The notes beneath the pieces were generated by a model, which searched no databases, was not told the origin of the DNA, and was given only the letters and a program-made list of their open reading frames with translations. The position numbers were made by a program, and so were the translations under genes. Below are positions 17,481-30,455 of a stretch of DNA of 64,000 bases, in pieces. This stretch comes from Candidatus Woykebacteria bacterium RBG_13_40_15 (GTDB taxonomy: Bacteria > Patescibacteriota > Microgenomatia > Woykebacterales > RBG-16-39-9b): contig MHCP01000025.1 of NCBI GenBank assembly GCA_001816655.1, forward strand, positions 14,428-78,427, read 5' to 3'. Positions within the stretch are counted from its first letter, which is position 1. Each line of letters starts with the position of its first letter.

Positions 17481-17505
17481 AAAGGTTTGTTTTCTTCTTT
17501 AGTTT

Positions 17506-19998
17506 CTAGTCTTTCTTTTTCGAAATCCTTGTTATACGTTCCTTACGTTCTTTTTTTATGGCTGTTACAGCAACCACTTTATCGTTTGGATCATTTAATC
17601 TAATTAAAATTACGCCTTGCGTTTGTCTAGTAAGAATAGGAATATCTTTTATAGGTAATTTTATAACCTGACCACTCGCTGTTGTTATTAATAAGTCTTC
17701 GTGAAGGTTGCTAATTACTAATCCAGCAGCAAGTTTCCCATTGCGAGAAGTTACATCTGCTGCCTTTACGCCGCTGCCTGCTCTTCCTTGCCGTGGCCAG
17801 TCGGAGATTTTTGTTCTTTTTCCAAAGCCTTTTTCGGTAACAACCGCAAAATCAGCTTTTGGATCGGCAATTTCGGCCTTAATTAGTTCGTCGTCACTTT
17901 TTTGGCGGATTCCAATTACTCCAGCGCTCGCTCGTCCCATGGCTCTTACATCTTTTTCCGAGAAAAGAATTGACATGCCATTTTTTGTGACAAGTAAAAT
18001 CTCATTTGTCCCGCTCGTTAATACTACAAATCGAAGTTCATCGCTAGCCGCGAGATTAATTGCGATTACTCCACTGCGTCGAATGTTAGCAAAATCTGCG
18101 AGTGAGGTTTTCTTAACGACACCACCCTTTGTTACCATGAAAAGAAATCCGTTTTTTGTTTCAGTTGGGATATTTAAAACTGCGGTTATGCTGTCACCTT
18201 GATCGATTTCAATTAAATTAACGATAGCGCTTCCTTTTGCGGTGCGAGAGCCCTCTGGTAGATCATAGACCTTTAGTTGATAAACTTTTCCGCTTTTGGT
18301 AAAGAATAAAACCGCGTCGTGAGTGTTGGCGGAAAAAATATTTGCCACACTATCCTCTTCTTTGACGGTAATACCAGAAACTCCTTTACCACCTCTACTT
18401 TGAGTGCGGAAGGTGGAAACAGGATTCCTTTTTATATAGCCACTTTTGGTGATTGTAACAATTGCCTGTTGTTTCGGGATTAAATCTTCCTCTGAGAAGT
18501 CACCTGCCGCTTGCTGATAAACTCTTGTACGCCTATCATCGCCGTATTTTTCTTTAATTTCAGAGAGTTCTTTTTCAATCACATCCAAAATCTTCTTCGG
18601 GGAAGCAAGAAGAGCTTCCAGGTAGCTAATAGTTTTGACGGTTTCTTTGTACTCATCTTCTATTTTTTGTCTTTCGAGTGCAGCTAGGCGGCGGAGCTGC
18701 AAATCCAAAATAGCGACTGCTTGAACCTCAGTCAGTTTAAACCTTTTCATTAAATTAGTTTTTGCGGCTTCAGCATCTGGCGACTTCTTTATTGTTTCGA
18801 TGACTGCGTCTAGATTATCTACTGCGATTTTCAAACCTTCTAAAATATGTAGCCGTCTTTTTGCGGCATCCAGTTCGAACTGAGTCCGTTTCGTAACAAC
18901 TTGTTGGCGGTGTCGAATATACTCGCTTAAAATTTGCTTCAGGGTCAGCGTAATAGGAACGCCATCAACTAGAGCAACAATATTGACGTTGAATGCAAGT
19001 TGCATCGCTGTGTGCTTGAACAGATTGTTCAAAATTGACCGAGGTCTTGAATCCCGTTTTAGCTCAATTACAATACGCATTCCTTTTCTGTCAGATTCGT
19101 CTCTCAGATCTGAAATACCCTCAATCTTTTTATCTTTAACTAGCTCTGCAATTTTTGCGATGAGCTGCGCTTTATTAACTTGATACGGTATTTCGCTGAC
19201 AATAATTACGAATTTACCTCCTCTCTCCTCTTCTATCTCTGCTTTCGCCCTCATTAGAACTCGGCCCTTGCCGGTTGCGTAAGCAGATCTTATTTCGTTG
19301 ACATCGAATATCGCCCCTCCCGTTGGAAAGTCTGGCCCCTTAATAAATTTCATTAGTTCCTCAACGTTAGCATCTGGATTATTTATCAAATGAATTATTG
19401 CGTCGCAAACCTCGTTTAAATTATGTGGTGGAATGTTGGTAGCCATTCCAACAGCAATTCCAGCTGAGCCATTCAAAAGAAGGTTAGGTAATTTTGCAGG
19501 CAAGACGAGAGGCTCTTTTCTAGTAGCATCGAAGTTATCTGTAAAAGCAACCGTTTCTTTTTCTATATCAACAAGCATTTCACTAGAAATCTTTGCCATT
19601 CGAGCTTCTGTATAGCGCATTGCCGCTGGTGGGTCGCCATCAACTGATCCGAAGTTACCCTGGCCATCTACCAATGGGTAACGCATGGCAAAATTTTGAG
19701 CGAGGCGCACTAGTGCGTCGTAAACTGGGCTATCCCCGTGGGGATGGTATTTACCTAGGACTTCACCAACAACAGTAGCGCTTTTTCTGTATTTTGCTTC
19801 ATGGGTGAGTCCGAGTTCATGCATGGCATAAAGGATTCTTCTGTGAACCGGCTTAAGGCCATCCTTTACATCTGGAAGAGCGCGCGAAACGATTACGCTC
19901 ATTGCGTAGTCTAAATAAGAGCGTTGTAGTTCGTCAGTTATTTCAACGGAGATGTTTTTATCCTTAATATTTTGAATTGGACTTTCTTCTTCTGCCAT
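17506..19998 (-). CDS. gyrA: DNA gyrase subunit A
   Basis: [20 protein letters not shown] and a C-terminal beta-pinwheel repeat region. Confidence 0.95.
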   Translation of the reverse strand: MAEEESPIQNIKDKNISVEITDELQRSYLDYAMSVIVSRALPDVKDGLKPVHRRILYAMHELGLTHEAKYRKSATVVGEVLGKYHPHGDSPVYDALVRLAQNFAMRYPLVDGQGNFGSVDGDPPAAMRYTEARMAKISSEMLVDIEKETVAFTDNFDATRKEPLVLPAKLPNLLLNGSAGIAVGMATNIPPHNLNEVCDAIIHLINNPDANVEELMKFIKGPDFPTGGAIFDVNEIRSAYATGKGRVLMRAKAEIEEERGGKFVIIVSEIPYQVNKAQLIAKIAELVKDKKIEGISDLRDESDRKGMRIVIELKRDSRPRSILNNLFKHTAMQLAFNVNIVALVDGVPITLTLKQILSEYIRHRQQVVTKRTQFELDAAKRRLHILEGLKIAVDNLDAVIETIKKSPDAEAAKTNLMKRFKLTEVQAVAILDLQLRRLAALERQKIEDEYKETVKTISYLEALLASPKKILDVIEKELSEIKEKYGDDRRTRVYQQAAGDFSEEDLIPKQQAIVTITKSGYIKRNPVSTFRTQSRGGKGVSGITVKEEDSVANIFSANTHDAVLFFTKSGKVYQLKVYDLPEGSRTAKGSAIVNLIEIDQGDSITAVLNIPTETKNGFLFMVTKGGVVKKTSLADFANIRRSGVIAINLAASDELRFVVLTSGTNEILLVTKNGMSILFSEKDVRAMGRASAGVIGIRQKSDDELIKAEIADPKADFAVVTEKGFGKRTKISDWPRQGRAGSGVKAADVTSRNGKLAAGLVISNLHEDLLITTASGQVIKLPIKDIPILTRQTQGVILIRLNDPNDKVVAVTAIKKERKERITRISKKKD

Positions 19999-20001
19999 AA
20001 G

Positions 20002-21951
<1,950 letters not shown>

Positions 21952-22002
21952 CTATATATTTTACTTCTTTTAGGCTTTCTTTGCAAGCTAAAATGCAGTC
22001 GC

Positions 22003-22647
22003 TTACGGCTCTTGTGGGGTTTCAAAAAGAATGATACTATTTAAAATTTTTGAAGAAGCATTGCGTTTTTTTAACGATTTTGCCTTGATAATTAATTTTA
22101 AATATTTGCTTATTTTAGCAATTTTTTCTTTTTCTATATTTTTAGAAAAAACATTCTCCAACAATCTTTCCCTCCAAAAAGATAGCCAGCTTTCCAAGTC
22201 TAGATCTGCTGCTGCAAGCCACCGCTCGTACGAGTCTAAAGATAGGAATTTTTCTACTTTGTTAGGAACCTTGCTTTCACCACTTATTGCTAGATTGATC
22301 TTTAGGCAACGAGAAGAAATTGTTGAAAGAAGGCCTTCGGGAGTCACTGCTGTGAGAATTATCTCTGTATTTTTTGGAGGCTCTTCTAGTGTTTTAAGGA
22401 GTGCATTTTGAGCTTCTAGTGTTAAATTTTGAGCTTCCAGAATCAACGCTATTTTAAAAGTAGAATTGACTGGTTTTTTGTTAAGTTCGCTGGTTAAACC
22501 TCTTACATCATGTATACCAGATGTAACCTGCGCATCTAAGATATGGCAGTCCCATGAGGAAGTTCCTTTGGCTAAATTTATAGCCTCATTTTTCCTTGAT
22601 TTGCTGGAACCGCCAATAAGCAAAGTTGGTAAACTCATAATTGACAT
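22003..22647 (-). CDS. holB: DNA polymerase III delta-prime subunit (clamp-loader, short form)
   Basis: EAQNALLKTLEEPP is the clamp-loader sensor motif, with an AAA+ N-terminal region. Confidence 0.7.
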   Translation of the reverse strand: MSIMSLPTLLIGGSSKSRKNEAINLAKGTSSWDCHILDAQVTSGIHDVRGLTSELNKKPVNSTFKIALILEAQNLTLEAQNALLKTLEEPPKNTEIILTAVTPEGLLSTISSRCLKINLAISGESKVPNKVEKFLSLDSYERWLAAADLDLESWLSFWRERLLENVFSKNIEKEKIAKISKYLKLIIKAKSLKKRNASSKILNSIILFETPQEP

Positions 22648-22730
22648 TTTAGCCTTTGAGACTCTAAAATTAAAGTAGTCTCTTTAGTTAGGCGGAAGCT
22701 GCCTGACGTTATTATAAGAAGGGCTGCCCG

Positions 22731-24503
22731 ATGGCTGATGTTACTGAAAAGGGAATAGAAGACATTCTGCTCGAAGAAGGAGTGCTCACTAAAGAAAAGC
22801 TTTCCACCGTTAAAATGGAAGCTATAAATAGTGGGAAGAGCGCTGATCAAATAATTCTTTCAAATAATCTCGCTACTACAGAACAAATTACAAAAGCTCG
22901 TGGTACTCTTTTGGGTATCAACTTTGTTAATCCGTCATCAAGACCTATCCCGGCAGACCTTTTAAATAAGATTCCAGAGCCAGTTAGTCGTCGCTACTCT
23001 CTTATTCCATTTCAATACGACATTGCTAGCAACACCCTTTCTGTTGCCATGTCCGACCCCCTTGATTTGCAGGTCCTTGAATTTATTGAAAAGAAGAGTG
23101 GTTCGGCAATCAAACCATTTATCTCCACTCCCGAATTAGTTAACAAGGCTATAAAAGAACAATATGCCCAAAGCTTGACAAGTGAAGTAAGTGAAGCACT
23201 GCAAGAAGTTAGTGGCACAGTGGAGGCGAAGGAAGAGCTACCTGATTTAGGCAAGGTGGAGGAAATTGTAAGAGAGGCCCCGGCTTCAAAAATTGTCTCA
23301 ACGCTTCTCGAATATGCGGTTAAAGCAAGGGCTAGCGATATACATATAGAACCAATGGAGGATCGGACGCGGGTTAGATACCGAATCGATGGTATCTTGC
23401 AGGAAAGAGTAGTTTTACCGCGGAAAGTTCATGAATCACTTATTTCTCGTATAAAAATTTTGTCTAATTTAAAAATTGACGAAAAAAGAATACCTCAAGA
23501 TGGCCGCTTCTCCTTTAAGCTAAGAGATAATGTAGTTGATTTGCGTATCGCTACACTTCCTACAGCCAATGGTGAAAAAGTGGTGATGAGGCTTTTGCCA
23601 AAATCAGGCGCCCCTCCTACCCTAGCAGATTTGGGCTTGAGAGGGATGGCACTGAAGACTTTTGAGGAAAATATCGTTAAACCACACGGTATTATCCTGA
23701 TCACTGGTCCTACGGGATCCGGTAAGACAACTACCCTTTTTGCTACTCTTTCGAAAATAAATTCGCCAAAAATAAATATAGTCACTTTGGAAGACCCGGT
23801 CGAGTACCAAATACCAGGTGTAAATCAAGTACAGATAAACCCGCAAGCGGGGCTTACTTTTGCTTCGGGGCTTCGTAGTTTCCTTCGGCAAGATCCGAAT
23901 GTTATCATGGTTGGAGAAATTCGTGATAGTGAGACAACGGCTCTGGCAATTCAAGCATCCCTGACTGGCCACCTTGTCTTTTCAACCCTTCATACCAATT
24001 CTGCCTCTGGGGCCCTTCCCCGTCTTCTAGATATGGGAGCCGAAACATTTTTATTGACCTCGTCGATGAACTGCGTAATGGCTCAGCGTGTTGTTAGAAA
24101 AGTTTGTGAGGATTGCAAACAAGCGTATGACGCACCACCACAGATAGAAGATGATATTAAGAAGGCACTGGGAAATCTTTTGAATATAAAACATATCGAA
24201 CTGTCCTCTGGGGAGGAAAAATATTTAAAAGAACTAGAAGCAGGAGCAGCAAAATTAAAGTTATATAAAGGAAAGGGCTGTGATAAATGTGGCGGTTCAG
24301 GGTATATAGGAAGAATCGCGATTTTTGAAGTTTTGGCTATAACTGAAAAGATCGGCCGGCTGATTTTGGAAAGAGCTCCGGCTGGTAAGATTGAAGCTCA
24401 AGCGGTTGAGGATGGTATGGTAAGGCTTATGCAAGACGGTTACCTGAAAGTGATGGAAGGTATTACATCGATTGAGGAAGTATTAAGAGTGGCAAGAGAG
24501 TAA
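22731..24503 (+). CDS. pilB: type IV pilus assembly ATPase PilB (GspE family)
   Basis: N-terminal T2SSE_N domain, Walker A ILITGPTGSGKTTTL, Asp/His boxes, tetracysteine CEDC...CDKCGGSGY. Confidence 0.9.
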   Translation: MADVTEKGIEDILLEEGVLTKEKLSTVKMEAINSGKSADQIILSNNLATTEQITKARGTLLGINFVNPSSRPIPADLLNKIPEPVSRRYSLIPFQYDIASNTLSVAMSDPLDLQVLEFIEKKSGSAIKPFISTPELVNKAIKEQYAQSLTSEVSEALQEVSGTVEAKEELPDLGKVEEIVREAPASKIVSTLLEYAVKARASDIHIEPMEDRTRVRYRIDGILQERVVLPRKVHESLISRIKILSNLKIDEKRIPQDGRFSFKLRDNVVDLRIATLPTANGEKVVMRLLPKSGAPPTLADLGLRGMALKTFEENIVKPHGIILITGPTGSGKTTTLFATLSKINSPKINIVTLEDPVEYQIPGVNQVQINPQAGLTFASGLRSFLRQDPNVIMVGEIRDSETTALAIQASLTGHLVFSTLHTNSASGALPRLLDMGAETFLLTSSMNCVMAQRVVRKVCEDCKQAYDAPPQIEDDIKKALGNLLNIKHIELSSGEEKYLKELEAGAAKLKLYKGKGCDKCGGSGYIGRIAIFEVLAITEKIGRLILERAPAGKIEAQAVEDGMVRLMQDGYLKVMEGITSIEEVLRVARE

Positions 24504-24562
24504 CCCGTGGGTGATAATTAATACGCACTGCTTATTAGTAATTTGAAAAAAAGGAGGATTAA

Positions 24563-25636
24563 TTGGAAATACAACAAATTTTAGAAGAAGCAATCCGTCG
24601 GGGAGCTTCAGACGTTCATTTGATGGCGGGGGTTTATCCGACGCTTAGGATTGACGGCAAGCTGATACCAATTACTAAGACACCTACTCCAACACCCGAA
24701 TATATTGAAAAACTGGTTTTAGCCCTTCTTCTTCCAGAGCAAAAAGAGCTTTTGCTTACCAATAAGGAGCTTGATTTCTCTTTTGCGCTTGGCGAAGTTG
24801 CCAGGTTTCGTGTAAACGCCTTTTATCAAAAAGGCTATCTTTCTGCTGCCCTTCGTCTTATCCCAAACAGAATACCGACACTTGAAGAGCTTCATCTTCC
24901 AAGCACTTTCGGTAACCTGACGAAACTTCGACAGGGACTTATTTTGGTCGCTGGACCGACTGGACATGGTAAATCAACAACTATAGCGTCCCTAATAAAC
25001 AAAATTAATGAGGAAAAGGGCGTTCACGTTGTCACAGTCGAAGATCCGATAGAATATGTTTATCCAAGCCGCAAAGCCCTGATAGCGCAGAGGGAAATGC
25101 ATCTGGATACTCACTCCTGGGAAATTTCTCTACGATCTGTTTTGAGGGAAGATCCGGATGTAGTGCTAATTGGTGAAATGCGAGATTATGAGACTATCGA
25201 GTCTGTTTTAACAATTGCTGAAACAGGACATTTGGTTTTTGCTACGTTGCATACAAACAGTGCTGCCCAAACCCTAGATCGTGTGGTTGGGGTTTTCCCG
25301 GAGAGCCAGCAAGAACAAGTAAGGATGCAGCTTTCCAATATTTTGGAGGCTGTACTTTCTTTAAGATTAATACCGGCAGCTCAAGCTGGAAGATACCCGG
25401 CAATAGAGGTTCTTTTAGCTACACCGGCAGTGAGAAATGTTATTAGAGAGGGTAAAACCCACCTGATTGACAATATAATTCAAACATCAGCAAATGTTGG
25501 CATGAGTACGCTGGAATCATCTCTAGCTGGCTTAATTAAATCAAACAAGATAAGCCTTGAGACCGCTCTCTCATATAGTCTTAGGCCACAAGATTTGATG
25601 CGCGAAGTAAAACTTCAAGGCGGAAAGGTTAAATAA
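24563..25636 (+). CDS. pilT: twitching motility / pilus retraction ATPase PilT
   Basis: LILVAGPTGHGKSTTIASL Walker A, DVVLIGEMRD, ATLHTNSAAQTLDR. PilT-length (357 aa). Confidence 0.9.
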   Translation: MEIQQILEEAIRRGASDVHLMAGVYPTLRIDGKLIPITKTPTPTPEYIEKLVLALLLPEQKELLLTNKELDFSFALGEVARFRVNAFYQKGYLSAALRLIPNRIPTLEELHLPSTFGNLTKLRQGLILVAGPTGHGKSTTIASLINKINEEKGVHVVTVEDPIEYVYPSRKALIAQREMHLDTHSWEISLRSVLREDPDVVLIGEMRDYETIESVLTIAETGHLVFATLHTNSAAQTLDRVVGVFPESQQEQVRMQLSNILEAVLSLRLIPAAQAGRYPAIEVLLATPAVRNVIREGKTHLIDNIIQTSANVGMSTLESSLAGLIKSNKISLETALSYSLRPQDLMREVKLQGGKVK

Positions 25637-26832
25637 TGCAGGAATTTTTTTATGAAGTAAAAGATAAGCAGGACGAAACTCTTAAGGGAGTAGTTGAGGC
25701 TGTTAGTACTGATCAAGCTGCAAAGATTCTACATGAGCAGGGTTACACGATTCTTAAAATTCAGGCAAAGGGTAAAGGGTTAAGCTTACCCTTTCTTGGT
25801 GGTATTGGTATCGGACCAATATCTCAGTTTACTAGGCAACTTGCGACCATGGTAACTTCTGGGCTACCCTTGGCAGATTCTCTAGATGTTTTGAAAAAAC
25901 AGACGGAAAATAAAAATCTTCAAGTTGTAATCGAACAAATTGCCGAAAGCATTCAAGCCGGAAATCCATTTTCAGCGGCGCTACAAAAACACCCAAAGGT
26001 ATTTTCCAAAGCTTATATTAATGTTGTGAGGGCTGGGGAGGCTTCTGGTACTCTTGACAAGGTGCTTTTGCGCTTGGCGGATAACCTTGAAAAGGAACGA
26101 CAATTTCAAGGCGAGGTGAGAGGTGCGATGATTTATCCAGCGATTATTGTTAGCGCGATGGTTGTTGTTTCAATGATTGTATTAGTTTTTGTTGTACCAA
26201 AACTTACCGAAGTTTATACTGGATTGGACATACCTCTGCCGTTGCCGACGATTATTTTGATGGCTGTAAGTGGTTTTATGTCGCGGTTTTGGTGGTTGTT
26301 AGTAATTCTGGCGGTTGCAGGTATTTACACCCTTCGGCGATATAAAGCTACTCCCGAGGGTGCCCTAGTAATCGATAGACTGATTTTGAGACTCCCAGTT
26401 ATAGGTAAACTAAATCGTGACAGCTCCCTTACAGAGTTCACCCGTACTTTGAGTATATTAGTCGGTGCTGGTGTGCCGATACTTGAATCTTTAAAAATTG
26501 CTGGGGATACAGGGACAAATGCAGTTCACAGAGATGCTGCTTCCCATGTGGTTGCGTTGGTAGAAAAAGGCACTCCTCTTTCAAAATCTATTGAGGAGTT
26601 TCCCACCTTTCCGCCAATAATTTCTCAAATGACAAATGTTGGTGAGGAAACAGGGAAGATGGATGAGGTACTTGATAAGGTGTCTAGGTTTTTCGAACAG
26701 GAAGTAGAGCAGCAGGTCAAAAACCTAACTGCGGCAATAGAACCAATAGTCATGATAGTCCTTGGTATAGGCGTAGCTTTCTTGATGATTTCGATTGTTC
26801 TGCCTATCTACAGTATTACCAGCGCATTCTAG
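25636..26832 (+). CDS. pilC: type IV pilus assembly platform protein PilC (GspF family)
   Basis: Two T2SSF repeats and three TM segments. Start overlaps the pilT stop (ATAATG). Confidence 0.9.
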   Translation: MQEFFYEVKDKQDETLKGVVEAVSTDQAAKILHEQGYTILKIQAKGKGLSLPFLGGIGIGPISQFTRQLATMVTSGLPLADSLDVLKKQTENKNLQVVIEQIAESIQAGNPFSAALQKHPKVFSKAYINVVRAGEASGTLDKVLLRLADNLEKERQFQGEVRGAMIYPAIIVSAMVVVSMIVLVFVVPKLTEVYTGLDIPLPLPTIILMAVSGFMSRFWWLLVILAVAGIYTLRRYKATPEGALVIDRLILRLPVIGKLNRDSSLTEFTRTLSILVGAGVPILESLKIAGDTGTNAVHRDAASHVVALVEKGTPLSKSIEEFPTFPPIISQMTNVGEETGKMDEVLDKVSRFFEQEVEQQVKNLTAAIEPIVMIVLGIGVAFLMISIVLPIYSITSAF

Positions 26833-26849
26833 TAGGTGTCAAGTTTCAT

Positions 26850-27242
26850 GTGTCAAGTGTCAAGAAAATGGTGGAAAATAAAGGTTATAAGAAGCTTAAA
26901 GTTTGGCAAGAAGCGCATGAGTTTGTTTTAATGATCTATGAGTTTACAAAGCGGTTTCCAAAGGAAGAAGTTTTCAGTCTTACCAACCAGCTTCGGAGAG
27001 CAGCGGTTTCAGTAGCAGCCAATATTGTGGAAGGGCAAGTTAAGAATTCACGTAAATCTTTTATCCAAGCGTTAAATATAGCGAACGGCTCCTTGGTAGA
27101 AGCTGAGTATTACTTAGAGTTAGCTAGGGAGTTGAAGTTTTTAGACACTAAAGGTTTTGATAAACTTGATCGGCAGCGGGTAATTGTAGGCAATTTGCTA
27201 AATGGTTTAATCAAGTCTTTAAAAGACAGATGTGAAGCTTGA
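26850..27242 (+). CDS. four-helix-bundle protein (TIGR02436; the family called 23S rRNA intervening-sequence protein)
   Basis: KLKVWQEAHEFVLMIYEFTKRFPKEE...QLRRAAVSVAANIVEG...NGLIKSL is a very close match to the TIGR02436 consensus. It is embedded between pilC and pilD. Confidence 0.8.
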   Translation: MSSVKKMVENKGYKKLKVWQEAHEFVLMIYEFTKRFPKEEVFSLTNQLRRAAVSVAANIVEGQVKNSRKSFIQALNIANGSLVEAEYYLELARELKFLDTKGFDKLDRQRVIVGNLLNGLIKSLKDRCEA

Positions 27243-27288
27243 CTTTTAATTATCATAGCACTTTGACTTGATACATGACACTTGATAC

Positions 27289-28098
27289 ATGATACAATCT
27301 ATAATTGTTTTTTTGTTCATTCTTGGTCTTACTGTTGGTTCTTTCCTTAATGTTGTTGCCTACCGCAGCGTTCACGGTGGTTCAATTGTTTCTGGTTCTT
27401 CGAAATGCCCACATTGTAAACATACCCTGAGAGCTTTGGATTTAATCCCAATTGCAAGTTTCCTCCTACTTAGAGGCCAGTGTCGTTACTGCCATAAAAA
27501 AATTTCCGTGCGCTACCCTCTTGTAGAGGCCGCTAGTGGGCTTTTGTTTCTTTATGTAGGTTACCATTGGTATGTTGTAGCTGGTTCGTTTATTTTGAGT
27601 TTTGATTCAATTTTTTATCTTATATTTTTGCTTTTTATTGTTAGTGTTCTGTTAGCCCTATTTATTACGGATCTTGTTGATGGTTTGCTTCCAAACGTGA
27701 TAACTCTGCCAGCGATCGGAGTAGCAGCTCTTTACAAGATCTATTTAGTAGTTTTCGGTTCCATTACCATTGTTGGCTTAGGGGTAGATCTATTGGTCGC
27801 TTTCTTGATGGCAGCTATTTTCTTTGGACTGGTTTACTTTTCTGGTGAGCGGGCTCTGGGAGGAGGCGATGTGAAGCTCGCTTTTTTGATCGGGCTTTTC
27901 GTAGGCTGGCCCTCTATTTTAGTAGGCTTGTTTATAGGTTTCTTGACAGGCGGTCTAGCCTCTGTTATGCTTTTATTAATAGGCAAAAAGAGGTTTGGAG
28001 ATACTGTGCCACTCGGCCCCTTTTTGACTATCGGCGCGCTAAGCGCATTGTTCTGGGGGCCGCAAATACTTGAGTTTTATGTAAAGAGTATGTTATGA
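27289..28098 (+). CDS. pilD: prepilin peptidase PilD (A24 family)
   Basis: CPHCKHTL...CRYCHKKIS zinc-binding N-terminus, catalytic Asp regions (ITDLVDGLLP, GGGDVKL), 8 TM helices. Confidence 0.85.
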   Translation: MIQSIIVFLFILGLTVGSFLNVVAYRSVHGGSIVSGSSKCPHCKHTLRALDLIPIASFLLLRGQCRYCHKKISVRYPLVEAASGLLFLYVGYHWYVVAGSFILSFDSIFYLIFLLFIVSVLLALFITDLVDGLLPNVITLPAIGVAALYKIYLVVFGSITIVGLGVDLLVAFLMAAIFFGLVYFSGERALGGGDVKLAFLIGLFVGWPSILVGLFIGFLTGGLASVMLLLIGKKRFGDTVPLGPFLTIGALSALFWGPQILEFYVKSML

Positions 28099-28176
28099 AA
28101 CTGCCAAGCTTTAAAATCTTAAACAACTCACTTGATAATTTCTTTCTTTTTCGAAGGGGGGTGAAAACTTTTTAGC

Positions 28177-28623
28177 ATGAAAAAATTCCTAAAGAAGCAA
28201 AAAGGGTTCACTCTTGTCGAACTTTTGATCGTTATCGCCATTATCGCTATCTTGGTAGTGATCGTGATTATCGCTATTAACCCAATTGAGCGACTTAACG
28301 ATGCTCGGGATAGAACTGCTGCATCCAACGTTCGGGCTACTGGTACCTTGATCGCCACTTGTGTTACACAAGCTTTGGCTCAACCCGGTGGTAGTATTGC
28401 TGATTGTGATGACCGAGGGAAAATTCAAACTGTAGCGGATGGTCAAGTTCCCGCAGCTGTAACAATATTGCTTGACGACGTTGCTCCCGATACCGCAGAT
28501 ATATGCGCTTGGCAACAAGGCCGGACTGGTAGATGGTTCTTGTATGAGAATGACGGAACCGGTGGTGGAACGACAACGCAGATTGATGATGCAGAGCCTG
28601 ATGCGGCTGATTGTGGTAGCTAG
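28177..28623 (+). CDS. type IV pilin (prepilin-type N-terminal cleavage/methylation domain)
   Basis: KKQKG|FTLVELLIVIAIIAIL is a class III signal with Gly-1, Phe+1, Glu+5. Conserved C-terminal Cys pair. RBS aaggggggtg upstream. Confidence 0.8.
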   Translation: MKKFLKKQKGFTLVELLIVIAIIAILVVIVIIAINPIERLNDARDRTAASNVRATGTLIATCVTQALAQPGGSIADCDDRGKIQTVADGQVPAAVTILLDDVAPDTADICAWQQGRTGRWFLYENDGTGGGTTTQIDDAEPDAADCGS

Positions 28624-28707
28624 AATTAACTTGAAGGTAACACCCAAATTAATGTCTGTAATATCTTGCTGAGATTGAGACGAGATTAGAATTGTGGCTA
28701 TTAATTT

Positions 28708-29136
28708 ATGATTAGCAAAGTATGGCAGTCAAAAAAAGGCTTTACTTTAGTTGAGCTTTTGGTTGTAATTGCCATTATTGGCGTCTTGGTAACAATCGTT
28801 GTTGTTGCGATAAATCCAGTTCGCGTGATCCAAAATTCTCAAGACACAAAACACCGCAGCGAATTAAACCAGGTAAAGACTGCTCTGCAGCTTTACTACA
28901 ATGAAAATAAGAGATATCCGGCTGTTGCTGAATTTGGTACAGGAGGAACGATTCCGTTCTCCCCTACCTATGTGAGGGATGCTGATATGCTTAGTCCGAC
29001 CAAAATTACGTATACCCTACCTACCAGCGATTACCTTGCTTATACCACAGTAAATCACACAACAGCTGATGATACCAACAGTGTTACTAAGTGTGGGGGT
29101 ACTGGCACGAATAGATATTATATTTGTCCAGACTAG
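28708..29136 (+). CDS. type IV pilin, second copy
   Basis: SKKG|FTLVELLVVIAIIGVL prepilin signal. C-terminal Cys pair CGGTGTNRYYIC. Confidence 0.8.
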   Translation: MISKVWQSKKGFTLVELLVVIAIIGVLVTIVVVAINPVRVIQNSQDTKHRSELNQVKTALQLYYNENKRYPAVAEFGTGGTIPFSPTYVRDADMLSPTKITYTLPTSDYLAYTTVNHTTADDTNSVTKCGGTGTNRYYICPD

Positions 29137-29145
29137 CCAGGTAAT

Positions 29146-29667
29146 ATGCCTTCTTTTTTCCAAAAAACCCTAAAATCCCAAAAAGGCGTTTCAATAATTA
29201 CCATAATAATTTTAATTGCTGTTGTGGTGGCCGCCTTGAATGTTTACGCTTATTTTGAACCGAATTTCCAATTAAAACAATTTAGTGCGATGTATTATCT
29301 GCGCGACCATAACGATAAAATAAAGAAAGCCGACCTGGAAAAGTTAAAAGCGGCAGTAGACAGTTACTATGAAGACCATCACGATTACCCAGCCAATACT
29401 GGTTGGTGTGGTAGAATATTCTCCCTGATGCAGACAGATGTTAGGGACGCGCTATCCCCCTATTTTGCGGCTGATAGGTTCCCACAGGATCCCACCTTTG
29501 GTAACACAAACAAAGACTATTTTTATATGAGGGTAGATGACCACTCTTACGTTTTAATGGCTTCACTTGAAAATTCTCCTCTCGGCGACTCTTCCTACAA
29601 CTACACCGGCTGTTACGACTGGCCTGGGGATGGGATTTATAATTACAAACTGACTGGTGGATACTAG
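29146..29667 (+). CDS. atypical pilin/pseudopilin-like protein (lacks Glu+5)
   Basis: SQKG|VSIITIIILIAVVVAAL has a hydrophobic N-terminal helix after a Gly, but no Phe+1 or Glu+5. The distal region YYEDHHDYPANTGW resembles GspG-like pseudopilins. Confidence 0.4.
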   Translation: MPSFFQKTLKSQKGVSIITIIILIAVVVAALNVYAYFEPNFQLKQFSAMYYLRDHNDKIKKADLEKLKAAVDSYYEDHHDYPANTGWCGRIFSLMQTDVRDALSPYFAADRFPQDPTFGNTNKDYFYMRVDDHSYVLMASLENSPLGDSSYNYTGCYDWPGDGIYNYKLTGGY

Positions 29668-29726
29668 CCTTCTTTTCCTCAAGCTAAATGTTGCACGAAA
29701 AAGAGTTGTTTGCTACCATTTAATTA

Positions 29727-30455
29727 ATGCCTTTTTTTAAATTTCAAATTTCAAAGTTTTCGACCCGAGTTCAGGCTGAGGGTTTCAGATCTCAAATTGG
29801 CAAGAAAATTTTAGGAACTGACTTTACTTTTAAGATTTCCAAGCGACCCCACAATAAAGGATTTACCCTCGTTGAACTTTTGGTTGTTATTGCTCTTATT
29901 AGCATTTTGGCGGCTTTTGTTTTTGCAAGTTATCAAAATTTTGGGCAGCGGCAAGAAGTCCAAAATGTTGCGTTGGAATTAAAGTCGTCACTTCGTAAAT
30001 ACCAAAACTTTGCTATTTCCGGCCAAAAAAACCCAGATCCTACCAATGTTTCTCAGTGCCATGATCCGTCTAGTTTAGCTAACGATTCAACTTATAGTGT
30101 GGTCTACTACGCTGTTTTGGCTGATTCGTCCCCAGTTCCCCATTCTTACAAGGCGGTACTTCATTGTGCTCATCTTGCTTTAGGCTATGATGTTGAATTT
30201 GTGAATGGCTTTCCTTGGGAAAATCTCGAAAATTTTGAGGTTGGGAAAGCTAGCATACCCCCATCTAGCGATGATTCATGCGATTCTGTAGAAATACGCT
30301 TCAAGCCTGTAAATAAAGGGATAGAGCTTTATTGCGACAGCTCCCCTTTAGCCGCACCCTATGATCAGGTTTATTTTAGTTTGTCAAATGGAGCCGCAAC
30401 GTATAGGGTGTATGTAACAAGCTCTGGGGATATCTATGAAGAACAAAAGATGTAG
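29727..30455 (+). CDS. minor pilin (prepilin-type N-terminal domain) with unusually long leader
   Basis: HNKG|FTLVELLVVIALISIL is a canonical site but lies 45 residues after the annotated ATG. There is no alternative ATG in between, so the true start may be non-canonical. Confidence 0.6.
   Translation: MPFFKFQISKFSTRVQAEGFRSQIGKKILGTDFTFKISKRPHNKGFTLVELLVVIALISILAAFVFASYQNFGQRQEVQNVALELKSSLRKYQNFAISGQKNPDPTNVSQCHDPSSLANDSTYSVVYYAVLADSSPVPHSYKAVLHCAHLALGYDVEFVNGFPWENLENFEVGKASIPPSSDDSCDSVEIRFKPVNKGIELYCDSSPLAAPYDQVYFSLSNGAATYRVYVTSSGDIYEEQKM

Noticed and set aside
17708-18202. 164-aa + strand ORF inside gyrA, and similar internal ORFs in gyrB, recG, tyrS, pheT, thrS and murT
   Set aside because: They are fully embedded antisense in highly conserved essential genes, with no independent signals.
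28189-28647. 152-aa minus-strand ORF (and the 28364-28576 and 28128-28358 ORFs) overlapping the first pilin gene
   Set aside because: They are antisense to a gene with an unmistakable prepilin signal and RBS. The Cys/Ser-rich composition is a translation artefact of the pilin's Gly/Thr/Ala codons on the opposite strand.
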